Shown in pieces: positions 1-10,900 of a DNA stretch of 40,071 bases. Position numbers and translations under genes: made by a program. This DNA comes from Gammaproteobacteria bacterium (GTDB lineage Bacteria; Pseudomonadota; Gammaproteobacteria; JAQSXL01). Location: assembly GCA_029256685.1 (NCBI GenBank), contig JAQSXL010000001.1, positions 1-40,071 on the forward strand, in the 5' to 3' direction. Numbering within the stretch: the stretch's first letter is position 1; each line of letters starts with the position of its first letter. Under the pieces are notes generated by a model, which saw only the letters and a program-made list of their open reading frames with translations, was not told the origin of the DNA and did not search any database.

Positions 1-233
1 GGGCTTAACGTTGTAAAGCCATTATCCGTATCGGCCAAGGCCTTAGCTTTTAGACTCTCCTTACCAAACCGCTGGTTGAACAAGGTCGGCTGTTTAGCTT
101 TCCGGTTGACTACTTGGCTTGATTGAGCCTGTGCTTCTCTGCGGGTCATGGTAGACTCGGGTTGATGACGCAAAGTATGATAGGCATTTAATTGCTCAAC
201 GATAGGCTGAGACAGTATCGACCTGACAACGTA
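1..233 (-). pseudogene. Orphan (start-less) YD/Rhs toxin C-terminal cassette. Only the 5' part is in the window; it continues past the left edge.
   Basis: The minus-strand frame reads ...PIVEQLNAYHTLRHQPESTMTRREAQAQSSQVVNRKAKQPTLFNQRFGKESLKAKALADTDNGF... This is nearly identical to residues ~3907-3971 of the 4281-aa protein. An in-frame TAG (complement of 234-236) lies directly upstream, and no start codon precedes the homology. Confidence 0.6.
5..207. repeat. Copy A of a ~200-bp direct repeat (homology handle) shared with 2862-3064
   Basis: Manual alignment at a constant offset of 2857 nt gave about 10 mismatches and no indels over ~200 positions. Similarity ends abruptly at 208/3065. Confidence 0.9.
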
Positions 234-267
234 CTAATATCGGGCCAAGTTTTTAATCAAACCTATG

Positions 268-708
268 CTAATGAATTCCATAATAGTTAACTATCCAGAG
301 AAGTAATCCGCCACATGTGATAAAAAGTAGATAACTAATCATTACTGCAAAACTCCACATGATTTCTTTCCTAGTAAACAGCTCATAGGGATAATTAATT
401 TTTTGTAAAGCATATGCCTTAGGGTATATCTTGACTGTATTTGGATCTTTTCCAAACCATTTAATTAGACATTTTGCAAAGATATAAAAAGCAATTTCTG
501 TTTGGCGCATAAAATATTTACCACGAAACATCATGCGGTATTGAATCATATAATAACCTAGTTTCTGGCCAATCTTTCTCTCTATTTCTGGCACTATGAT
601 GCGATTAAATACCAGAGGAAAAAGGGTTACAATTATTAACATGCTTATAGTTCCTATGAAGCCAGTCACATGATATATAACCATTACAGTTAAATTTAAC
701 TTGTCCAT
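268..708 (-). CDS. Small polytopic membrane protein (about 4 hydrophobic helices); putative immunity partner of the upstream 133-aa protein
   Basis: 146-aa ORF. AAGGA lies 7 nt before the ATG, and the ORF starts 16 nt after the stop of the 133-aa ORF. Hydrophobic stretches include VMVIYHVTGFIGTISMLIIVTLFPLVF and WSFAVMISYLLFITCGGLLLWIV. The DNA is very AT-rich. Confidence 0.6.
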   Translation of the reverse strand: MDKLNLTVMVIYHVTGFIGTISMLIIVTLFPLVFNRIIVPEIERKIGQKLGYYMIQYRMMFRGKYFMRQTEIAFYIFAKCLIKWFGKDPNTVKIYPKAYALQKINYPYELFTRKEIMWSFAVMISYLLFITCGGLLLWIVNYYGIH

Positions 709-724
709 GGAATATCCTTAAAAA

Positions 725-1126
725 TTAATACTTATTACGTATTTCATGCTCAAATTTCTCAAAGCTATCTATAGCTTCTTTAGTTTCAACATACATAACG
801 TGACCAAATTTTTTGCCAAAGGCAGCCCCTGCCGAAGTTAAAGCGACAACTGTCGCAATAGCCACAGGCGTAAGTATTCCTGCTGAAATGCCTTCTTCGC
901 CAAAAGCAACAAGTCCACCGATGACTCCTCCCGCAACACCACCCACAATTCTACCTGTTTCCTCAAAGGCCGTTTGCAGTTTTGTACCCGATTCGGCTTG
1001 AAGAACATTGATGCCACCAAGTGCTATCTCTGCCGGCAATACAAGCCTACTGGCGCCCTCGATAAACTCTGCACCCTTCGCATATAGCCCATACTTTGCC
1101 GCTAATCCCGAGTACCTTTGATACAT
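725..1126 (-). CDS. Small Gly/Ala-rich glycine-zipper protein; possible membrane-active orphan toxin module
   Basis: 133-aa ORF with ETGRIVGGVAGGVIGGLVAFGEEGISAGILTPVAIATVVALTSAGAAFG. It weakly resembles the start of the main toxin's variable region (YAKGAEFIEGA versus FAGAEVIGGV; E-TG motif). It is followed by a coupled membrane-protein gene. Confidence 0.5.
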   Translation of the reverse strand: MYQRYSGLAAKYGLYAKGAEFIEGASRLVLPAEIALGGINVLQAESGTKLQTAFEETGRIVGGVAGGVIGGLVAFGEEGISAGILTPVAIATVVALTSAGAAFGKKFGHVMYVETKEAIDSFEKFEHEIRNKY

Positions 1127-1390
1127 TTCACCAGACTTTGCTACATCACTGATAATCTATAACTCGCACAGCACCATTTCGAGCATAAACACTATAGCGA
1201 TTATACTTCTCAATCACACTCAATCGTTCTATTCGCTGGCCAAAGTGTTCCAAAGTAGCTCCAATCGTCGTATTAGGGTCTTGAACTTCTGCAATAAAAG
1301 TATCCTTTAAGCGTGTTACTAAATTAAAAGACTATAAGGACCTGTGCCTAACGCATACTTAAAGCCAAATTAGATAATTTCTTACAAAAC

Positions 1391-1927
1391 TTAGCTATCA
1401 ATAAGTTGTATTAGTAATTCACTATCAATTTTATGTTCGTTTACAGGAATGAGATTAATTATCAAATTTGTTAATTTACTAAATATCAGTTCATTAGATG
1501 AAATCTCCGAAGAAGCACCGTAGCAAAAATTCAAGTTACCACTAAGCTTCAACTGACTATTTTTAGAAATAGATTCAATCTTATCGAAAATCGCTTTACA
1601 ATATTTCTCAGAAACGGATAAATATACAGGCTCTATTTTCTCAATTAGCGATTTCTTAAAACTATTTGCATTAAAATTACTGCCACATAAAACACTTACT
1701 TCAAGATTATTTGTTGGCATTGGTATATAATTAGCACCTAGTAATCCATATATATTTCTTCCACCACGTGGAATTAAGAGTTCTATAATTACTGTTTTAT
1801 TACAAAAATCATTATTTGAATGGCTAGAGTACTTAGCAATCTGTGGCTTATTACTTAATAATAAATCTTGATTAGGTTGTAACCATAATCTTATATTTCT
1901 TAAATAATCTAACTCAAATTCTAACAT
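1391..1927 (-). CDS. Putative cognate immunity protein of the YD/Rhs C-terminal toxin
   Basis: 178-aa ORF. The toxin stop is followed by GGAG and an ATG 11 nt later (TAAGGAGAAATAATATG). The DNA is extremely AT-rich (13 G+C in 1441-1500). I recognise no motif in it. Confidence 0.65.
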   Translation of the reverse strand: MLEFELDYLRNIRLWLQPNQDLLLSNKPQIAKYSSHSNNDFCNKTVIIELLIPRGGRNIYGLLGANYIPMPTNNLEVSVLCGSNFNANSFKKSLIEKIEPVYLSVSEKYCKAIFDKIESISKNSQLKLSGNLNFCYGASSEISSNELIFSKLTNLIINLIPVNEHKIDSELLIQLIDS

Positions 1928-1938
1928 ATTATTTCTCC

Positions 1939-4900
1939 TTAAAGTTCTGGGGTTATATGATGTAATTTAGGTTGATAGTTGCTCCAGAAATCAATCCATT
2001 TATTGTTGAAGGAGCCTGGCTCTATCGCATTCACCGCATTGATAACATCTGGGTGATAAACACTAAACGGTGAAACTTGATATTTACTTAGTGCAAACTG
2101 ATGAGCTTCAATATAGTTCATCCCTTTTGACATTTTAGTTGCCTCTGTAACCTCATGTATATAAAAACTAGCATCTGCACCAGTCACGGTCTTCCCAGAT
2201 CGTAATGCTTCATTTAGCCTTAATAACATTAATTCATTCTCTTTTACTGGACCAAATTTAGATAAGTGTTGAGTTACGAGGTCTAAGCCTTTTTGTGATA
2301 TACGAACAGCACTATTGGTAAGCTTACCTAACCCTTCGCCATCTGAGATACTTGTACTTAAATAGGCACCTGTTTTTTCTATACTGCTAAACAACCGAGG
2401 CCCAACCAATTTTATACCACCGGCTAAGCCACCGGGCATTACTAAATCAAACCCCACCTCCATAGCAGTTGTGCCAATATTATCCAGACCAAACTCATGC
2501 GCCGCTCGACCAAACGCAGTGGTCTCAGCTTCACCTGTCCATAAACATTTTAAGCCCGTTTCTATATGGTCAAGCCCTCTCAGCGCTGTGACGCCCCCCA
2601 CAGCAAGCCCTACACCAGTTTCAATCGTCAATATACCAAAACCAACTCCAGCAGCTGTTTGTACAACTCCGCCTATGACTTCAGCGCCTGCAAATATCCG
2701 ATTAGTAAAAGCTGCCCTTTTATTCGATGGTGACAAATCACTATTTTGTGAAGTTGCATAGATAGATTTATTTGATGCTGTCCAGATCATCTTACCTTCA
2801 TCTAGCATAGCCATTACATCATCGGACCTAATGGGTGTTAACAAACTCTCCTCATCAGGACTCTGCGTTATAAAGCCGTTATCCGTATCGGCCAACGCCT
2901 TAGCTTTTAGACTCTCCTTACTAAACCGCTGATTGAATAAAGTCGGCTGTTTAGCTTTCCGGTTGACTACTTGGCTTGATTGAGCCTGTGCTTCTCTGCG
3001 GGTCATGGTAGACTCGGGTTGGCGACGCAAAGTATGATAGGCATTTAATTGCTCAACAATAGGCGTTGCTAGCTTAATTCCTATCGCAGTACCTAGCGCT
3101 TGGGCGGCTATCAACTCTATATTAGGCTCGTGCTGTTGCATCACGCTGTCTACCATGCCTTGCACCAAGGGCTGGCTAATCGGCTGAGCGAGTTTATTCG
3201 TGATATTCAGCTCGTAGTTTAATATCTGGCCGCTTATCGCCGCCAAGACTTCACCAAAGTCAAAGTGCGGACTTAAACCCAGCGCTAGCTTGCTCAGCTG
3301 CTCCAGTATTACCACCTTGCCTACGCGGGATAGCTTCTCTGCAAGCTCAAGCCGCTCTCCCAGCTTAAGTTTATCTAAGCCTTGGACATCTAGCCCCGAG
3401 TTTAAACCGGCACTGGCCGCGCCCATGGCCATGTTGGAAAACGAAAACTGGTGTTGAGCCCCTAACCCTATCAACACCCCTTGGCTGGCCGCACTGGCCA
3501 ACGCACCTAGCGCCGCCGCCCTAAGTGCGTTAGTCATCACCGCTGCACCTTGTACCTGTGCCAACGCCGGCACCAAGACTGGCATGAAGTAGGCTATCAC
3601 TACCGTTATCACCACCTGAATCACAATCCCTAAAAAGCTGCTCCAAAAACCACCGTCAGGCTGGGGTGTTTCCAAGTGTGGATACAGATGTTCCAAAATG
3701 GTATTTAAAAATACCTGGTAGGCTATGTGATTACCCGCCCCATTGTGCATGGGGATTAAGGGCGGTACATTTAAAGCCAACCCCGGTGTCGGGGTCTCAT
3801 CCGCCCGCAAGCCATTGGCTTCTGCCAATAAACTCGCATAGCTATTGTCTCCATACACCTGCTGCGCTATACCACTAAAACTATCTCCTTCCATCACCAC
3901 ATAGCGCGTGACTCCCGTCCCTGTTCCAAGCTCGCTCACCCGCTGAATAAAATCCACCAGCTTCAATCGTCCCATCGCTTGCGGCAGTAAGTCTTTCGCC
4001 TTATAGTGCAAGACGGGTAAATGCCGTTGGTTATGAAGATACTGTTTAGGCTGAGGCATGTGCACCTCACTGGCTCGCCGCTTAGCTAATCTTATCAAAT
4101 CGGCCCATACTCGGTAACTGTTGCCATCCCACGGGTCCTTAGTGATTTCATAAGCGCCTATAGGCGCGCCATTCACTGTATAAAAATAATGGTGTTCCTT
4201 GATCCGGGGCGTCTCTTGCCAAATATTGTTGGTTTTGTTCGGCTGTAATATCTGCTTCTTAAATACCAAACCGTCCGAAGCCGCTTGGTATAGCACAACC
4301 TCTTGCGTTTTATTATCCTCAGCATAAACCCCAAGATTCGCATTTTGTGCCCCATTTGCATCATACAGCAATTGTGCTTGGTTATAGGGACTTGAATCAC
4401 CGTCACGTTCACGCCGTCCCCAGGTCTTGGTTAATTGTAGGCTGTCAAAACGAGCGTACTCATTATTCAGATAATCCCAAAAATCCACATCCTTTGTAAA
4501 ATAGTAGCTTACCTGTTGCTGCGGCTGACCGCTCGCCGTGAAGATCTTAAATACGCTAGAGCTTACCTTATTTTTATGATAGCCAAAAAAGCTATCCTCC
4601 CCCTCTTCTTGGTAATCATCAACTAGCCATTGGTTGGCGTTATAAACTAGCTTATGCTCCTTAATGCTTGCCACTTTAAGATAATCCATAACCTTGAGAT
4701 CAACCGCTTTAGAGTAGTAACGCTTTAGCAATCCCGATGAATAATACTCTCTTAAAGTGGTAGTTTGTAAAGGCAAATCAAGCAGAGTCGTGCTTAACTT
4801 ACCCTCATCATCATAGCCTATTAAGGTTTTTTTATAGGTCCAGTCTTTGTCGTATTCCTCTTCGCTAACCCGTACATCCCACTGGTAATTCAGTTTCTTG

Positions 4901-7900
4901 CCTTGGCCATTGGTGATAACGATATTGCCATTTTGCAACACACCGCCATCAATGATGGCACGATTGTTGGCATCGAATCGATTCCAGGTGGATTGAGTCA
5001 TCACCGGCGCTTTATTTTCTCCCGGATAGAGGAAGGCCGATACATGCATGCGATTACCGCACGCATCATACCCCGTAGCCAACAGCATCATGGTGTCTAA
5101 GGTCCACGATTCTCGTCCTAAAGCATCAAGCCGGGTCACGACTCGGCGCAATTGAACCTCACCCTGTTTGACTTCAACGCCTATACGTCGGTTTTCACTG
5201 TCTAAGCTATAGTAGGTACTTTTACCCTGTACCCTATCATGTTCTTCGTACAATCGACCCGCACGGTATACCCGTTCTATGACTTGATTGGGCGTTGGCA
5301 GTGAGACGGGTTGATAGCAGTCTGCCTGTATGATAATAGGTTTTCTGTCCCGCTCTCTGATTTCAAAGTCTTTGACCGTTTGCTTAAGTAGCAGATAGGT
5401 GCCGTGCTGAGCATCGCGGGACCCTTGCTTAATCAGCTGATACTTGTAATCGTAAACGTACTGATATATACCGCTCAAACTGCCATGTTCCTGTAGGTTG
5501 CCAAAATAGTCGCGCGTCCAATACTGGCTGCCATCATTGTTTATTTGCCGCACCAACTGGTGGTTGCGATCGTGCTCCGTTACGGTTACATCTCCCTCCG
5601 GTAAAATAAGAGCCAGCACATCGTACTTTGGAGTATAGCGATAGCGGGTCTGCTGCAGCTCTGCATTGATATCGGTGATACGCAAATTGCATTCATTAAT
5701 GGTAAAACTATGAATATTGTTTAAGGGCGAGATAAACGCTGTTATGTTATTGGCATTATCAAACGCCTGCCGCCATATTTTTCCGCGAGCATCGGTATAC
5801 CTTGGCACCCGGCCTAAAGCATCAAATATCTGCTTACGTTTTATAGTACCGTCCGCTAACACATGAGTTAACTGTTGACCAGCCCTATCCACAAAGTAGG
5901 CCTGGGTATGACCACGCGGATCAACCTCGGCTATCAACATACCTCTAAGGTTATAACCACTGCGAGTAGTCGGCGATTGATGGCTGAGCGTACCATTTTC
6001 GGCTACAACCTCGACCTCGGACTGAACCCGCTTTATGACCTGATTGAAGACATTGAAACGCTGCTGGGTTTGATGGCCTAGGCTATCGGTTTCCGTCGTC
6101 ACGTTGTCCCAACTGTCGTATTCAAATTGGTGCATGGGTTGAATCAGCTTGGATTTAGGCTCAGAAAGATCATGGCTTGCTAAGACATAGCCATTTAACT
6201 CAAGCTTAAATACGCCATTCGTCTCGCCTAGCTTAAACGGGTAACTCCCTAACGGCAGATCGCTGACATCCAAGACAACGCCTTGTTGAGTGACACCCAT
6301 AGCCTGCAGGTTTTTCCAGCATGCCAGCCTATCGTATGAGGTATCCCAAAATTGCAGCGTGGGTTGAGCGGTTTGTCCCAGGATGGGCGTAATATAGCTT
6401 ACAATTCTATCGGGAAAGGGAATAACGGTTATTAGATTTTCTGTAGTAGGCACTTCTTGAGAGTTGAGCGTAGGCATAGTCTGATAAAGTGGCAAGCTAT
6501 CTTGCTCATTGAGTAACAATGCAACGGAAATCGACTTGACTTGGTTAAGCTTATGGGCAAATTCGCTGTTACAGATAAGCTCCTTCCCTTTATCATCTTT
6601 ATAATGACCCTTATCCGTGCCCGGCCGAATGATATCCTCCTGAATGTACTCTTGCTCGTCGTCGGCGGTGTATACACAAGTTAAGGCGATAGGCAAGGTT
6701 TGGTAGCACTCGGGCACAGACCAGATCACCTGGACGTGATTGTCTAAGGCTAACATTTGGATAGAGGCTTGGATTTCTCGCGCCAAAGGATTTATCGAAG
6801 GCGTAGCGGTATAAATGGTAAAGGGTAAACTCAGCTCATCAACCGCATCACGCTTCGCATTTTCTGTAAGGCTTTGCCGCATCGAGACCGGATTTTTCTT
6901 AAGTGTGCCAATAGGTATAACCCGATACTCGCCCGAGGCTTGATTAGCAAGGTTGATATACCACTCGTTGGTTTGGGGATCTTGCTTGACTGCCACCTCA
7001 TCCAACTTTTTGCCATCTTGCCATAATTCAACCGCCTTAAGTTGCTCGGTATTGCCGCTGAAATAGACCAGGTGATCATGCCTCACTTCGGTAACCAAAT
7101 GTTGACTACGCTTGGTATGAAAGGTATTGATTTGGGTAAAACCTTGCGTGCGGTATTGCGGTAATGTGTCCAATTGGCCGGTAATGGGATTGCGTAAATA
7201 ATAGTTGATTTCATACTCGTATACGTCGCAGCTCAATTCGCTAACATCCACTCCACAGCGATAAGCACTGCGTTTGATGACTAAATCGGTTTTAAGTCCG
7301 GGACTGCCTTTGGGCCACAGACTCATTGTTGCAGCCTCGACGTTGGTTTCCTGCGGCTGCGTCCAGCTCAGCGTTAGCTTACCAAGCTCAGGATAAGCCT
7401 TACCAAACAGGATGGTCAGTGGAATGTTAAGCGGATGCGCCGGATCGGTTTCCCAATAGGCTGGCGTGCCCTGCGCGATGACGCGGCCCGCATTATCCCG
7501 CCAAGTGCTATGCTTTTCTAATTTTTCAACCGGCCAGCTCAATAGGCCTGCTTGTTGGTCGTAGCTTACCTTTGCTATATTCTCGGTCGCTGAGCGCAAT
7601 TCAGCGGTTTTCAGGCCTCGCAGATCATAGAGCTGGATTAGGTGTACACCCTTGCTAAGATTCTGGGCCCAACTACGATTTTGCACGTCACGGTGTTGAT
7701 AAGCCGGCCAGACATTATTGCCGGGTCCTTCCGCCACCACATTGCCGAAAATGTCGTACGCCTGCTGTGTGATTTCATAGCTGTTGTTATCACGCAACAC
7801 CTCGGTATAGTAAACTCGGTTACAGGCATCACGGCGCAGGCGCTTTTCATCGATGTGAGTGCTAAGCTTATACTCCGTGCGGCTAAGTTGATCCCAATGC

Positions 7901-10900
7901 GTGTATAGATACCAGTTGCGCGCCGGCTCTCGCCTGGGATCGTAGGTGTAGCCGTGCAGGTTGCCTCTCGCATCTTGCTGATACTGGGCTAACCCTCGAT
8001 TATCCATCAGACTCAGCTCAGTTTGATCCTGAGCCGTACTGGCAATAGGAGTAGGCAGCTGATCAACCGTAGCCTTTGCCGTCCCTTGGGCAAAACGGGT
8101 GACCATCACTACTTGACCATGGGCATTCACACCCCAATAGCTTAAAGGGATGATGGTAATAGGTTTATCGGCCTCGTCCCTTGACTCGCGGGCCACGCCT
8201 GTCTCGCCTATCTTGTGACCCTGAGCATTATAATACCGATATTCGGCGCTTTCGTCCGGATAGGTGATACTAATCAGCTGACGGTGAGCATTATAGCTAA
8301 ACGAAGTAGTAAGATTTAGCTTGGGTTTATCATGCATGCTGGGGATATTATTCGAGTCCAGGATCAGCTCCTGGACCACAATGCCTACCTTAATTTCAGC
8401 GATCTTGTCGCCTAGATTATTATAATCGAATTCAGAGACACGGTCTTCGTCAGAAATTTCAACGGCAGCTTCTAAGGCCGCTAAACTCATGCCGGGCAAA
8501 GGTGGCTTAGCCAGCGACCTGGCGAACTCTATTCGTTTGATCGCCTTGGCAAACGCATTGCGATAGTATCGTTCGACTATAAAATCAGGGTTAACCTTAG
8601 CCAGCAGATTACCCTGCTTATCACGCCAATAGAGGGTTTGAGCCCAGCGGTCGTGTTTAGGACTCAGCAGTTCCTCTTCTAACACGCGCTCGTTAAAAGC
8701 ATTATAGTCATAGCGGGTAATGGAATGCGCCATGCCGTATTCTTCTTGCTTACCCGGCAGATAGTAAAACACCTGTGGTTTTTCTATGCGTTTGAGATTG
8801 CTGACCCTATCAAACGCATAATTAACTGTTTGGTCATTAGCCGAGGGTTTTACCTGCTGCTCCATAACGGCCAAGGGAATACCCGACATTGTGTAGGGAG
8901 CCAAGTCTATGGCTAGGGGTAGAGAATAGCGGGTGACCTGGGTTTTATTGCCAAAGCTATTATAGCTATTTTGGGTAACCGCTTTTTCAGCGTTGATTAG
9001 ATAAACAGGGCGGCTTGCCGCATCATAGACCGTGAACGACCAACATCCGGCCTCATCGCAGTTTGCCACTTCCAGCCCTTTACCATTGTATACCTTTTGA
9101 GTGGTTAAAATCATTCGCCGCTCTGGCCTTTGGCTAAAACTAGCCGCTTGCTCTGGGTCATCGACGGCAATGTCCTCTATTCGGGTATCACTCAGTTGAT
9201 GGGAGGCGTTATAGTGCAACGTCATCCGACGCGCTTCCTGGGTATTAGCCGCTTTGGTAATGCAAATGACATTGCCTACCTTATCGTAATCCTTATGCGT
9301 CTCTATGGCCAAATTGGTTTGTTGATGGCTAAGCTTGTCGTTCTGCCATTCAACAATAGTCACCGGTATGGCTGGAGCAATCTCCTTTTGTATACGTTGC
9401 GCTCTATCTAACTGATAGAACCAAGCTTGCAGCATGCGATCGGTGTGCTGAATAATATTGTTCAAGGCATCGCGCTGGTAATGGTCTTGCTTTTGCTCGG
9501 CATCTATCTCAGATTCGATTCTATCGGCGGCATCGTAAACCGTTTTGTCTATCTGTGCATTATCCTGGGTCGGGGTTAAATCTTGCAGCAGCTCTACCAA
9601 GGCCGAGTAATCGCTGGGTACAGAGATAGGCTGTTTAAAACGGCTGGTTTGGTAAAGCTTGTTATTTTCGTCGTGATCATACTTCGTCACGGCACCGAGT
9701 GGATCAACCTCAAACTGCAAGCGTCCTGCCGAATCATAAACGTGGTAATGAGTTCTGTCCTGCAAGACATCACGCTGCAATTTAGCCACAAGTTGTGCGG
9801 GAGTCAACTGCGCTAAAGCCGCTGGCTCGGCAACGGGTATGGCGTAAACGGTTTTAGTGATCAAGCGATTGAGTTTATCAAAGACCTGTTGGGTCACTAC
9901 GCCTGTGGCACTCAAGGTAAAAAGTGCCTGACCCAAGGCGTCCACCACATAGTAATTTATTCGATCCAGGCTGGGGTTAGCCAAGGTTTTTACCCGTTGT
10001 TCCAGGGCGGCGGTGGTTAAACCAGCCAGCTCTTTTGGCTCTAAACCCTGAGCATAATTAAGGATTTGAAGCTTATGTCCAGCCAAATTGTAGCGGGTTT
10101 CTTGCACTACCCCCAGTCCATTGATGCTAAAACGCGCCTGCTGGCGTGCATCATAAAACAGCCAGGTTTGCTGATCCTGGTTGCACGGCTGGATTAACTT
10201 AGCCACCTCGGCTAAATTAGTCTGTTCGCTAAGCTTGCCCAGAGCTATTTTTTGTTCATAGTGCAGGGTAGTTTGCAATAAACCATTGGCGTGGTAACGC
10301 CATTCTTGCACGGCTCCCGTGGGTTTCACACAAAAACGCTTTTGCCCTAGCAAATCATAAAAATAATGGGTTTTTTGCCCATTGGCATCAAGGTGAACCA
10401 CCACATCGTCTGCCTTATTCAACACTTGCTGGGTGGCAATGGCCAAGGCATTAGGGCGGGATGGGGTAACAGGATCAACGGTATCCCCCAGCTTGCGGCC
10501 CCAGGCATCGTATTGCAAGGTTTGATAAAATTGGTCCGGGTTATTAACATCGCCCTTTTGCACCCAGATTACTTGCTTTAGACCATTGTAGCCGCGCGTG
10601 GTCAGCAGGTTTAAACCGGGTTTATTTTCGCTGTCGGGATCAAACGTGCAGCTTAGCTCTAAACCGCGCTTATCGTAGGTTTTTTTGGTATGTACACGCC
10701 GTGGGTTTGTGGTTTCTACCACGTCACCGAAGTTATCGCGGACATAGACAGTACTTAGTTTTAAACCGTTTACGTCATCGATATGCAAGATCTGACGGCC
10801 AAGCACATCGTAACCAAACTCATTGCGCAGCCCCTGCTCGCGCTGTTCAGCCAGATGCCAGCCCATGCGGTTGTATTTATTGGTTGTTTTGTGTCCAAGT

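Noticed and set aside
813-1020. ORFs 813-1001 (+) and 838-1020 (-) overlapping the 133-aa glycine-zipper ORF
   Set aside because: They are antisense or alternative-frame readings of a GC-skewed Gly/Ala-coding stretch (PAxP-rich product). The 133-aa frame has the downstream coupled gene and is the more plausible one.
1942-1968. C-terminal KLHHITPEL, which resembles the [AL]HH signature of HNH/EndoVII-fold polymorphic toxin nucleases
   Set aside because: The motif sits 5 residues from the stop codon. An AHH/LHH domain needs roughly 80-100 residues after the motif, and the next ORF does not continue such a domain. I treat it as coincidental unless a frameshift is demonstrated.
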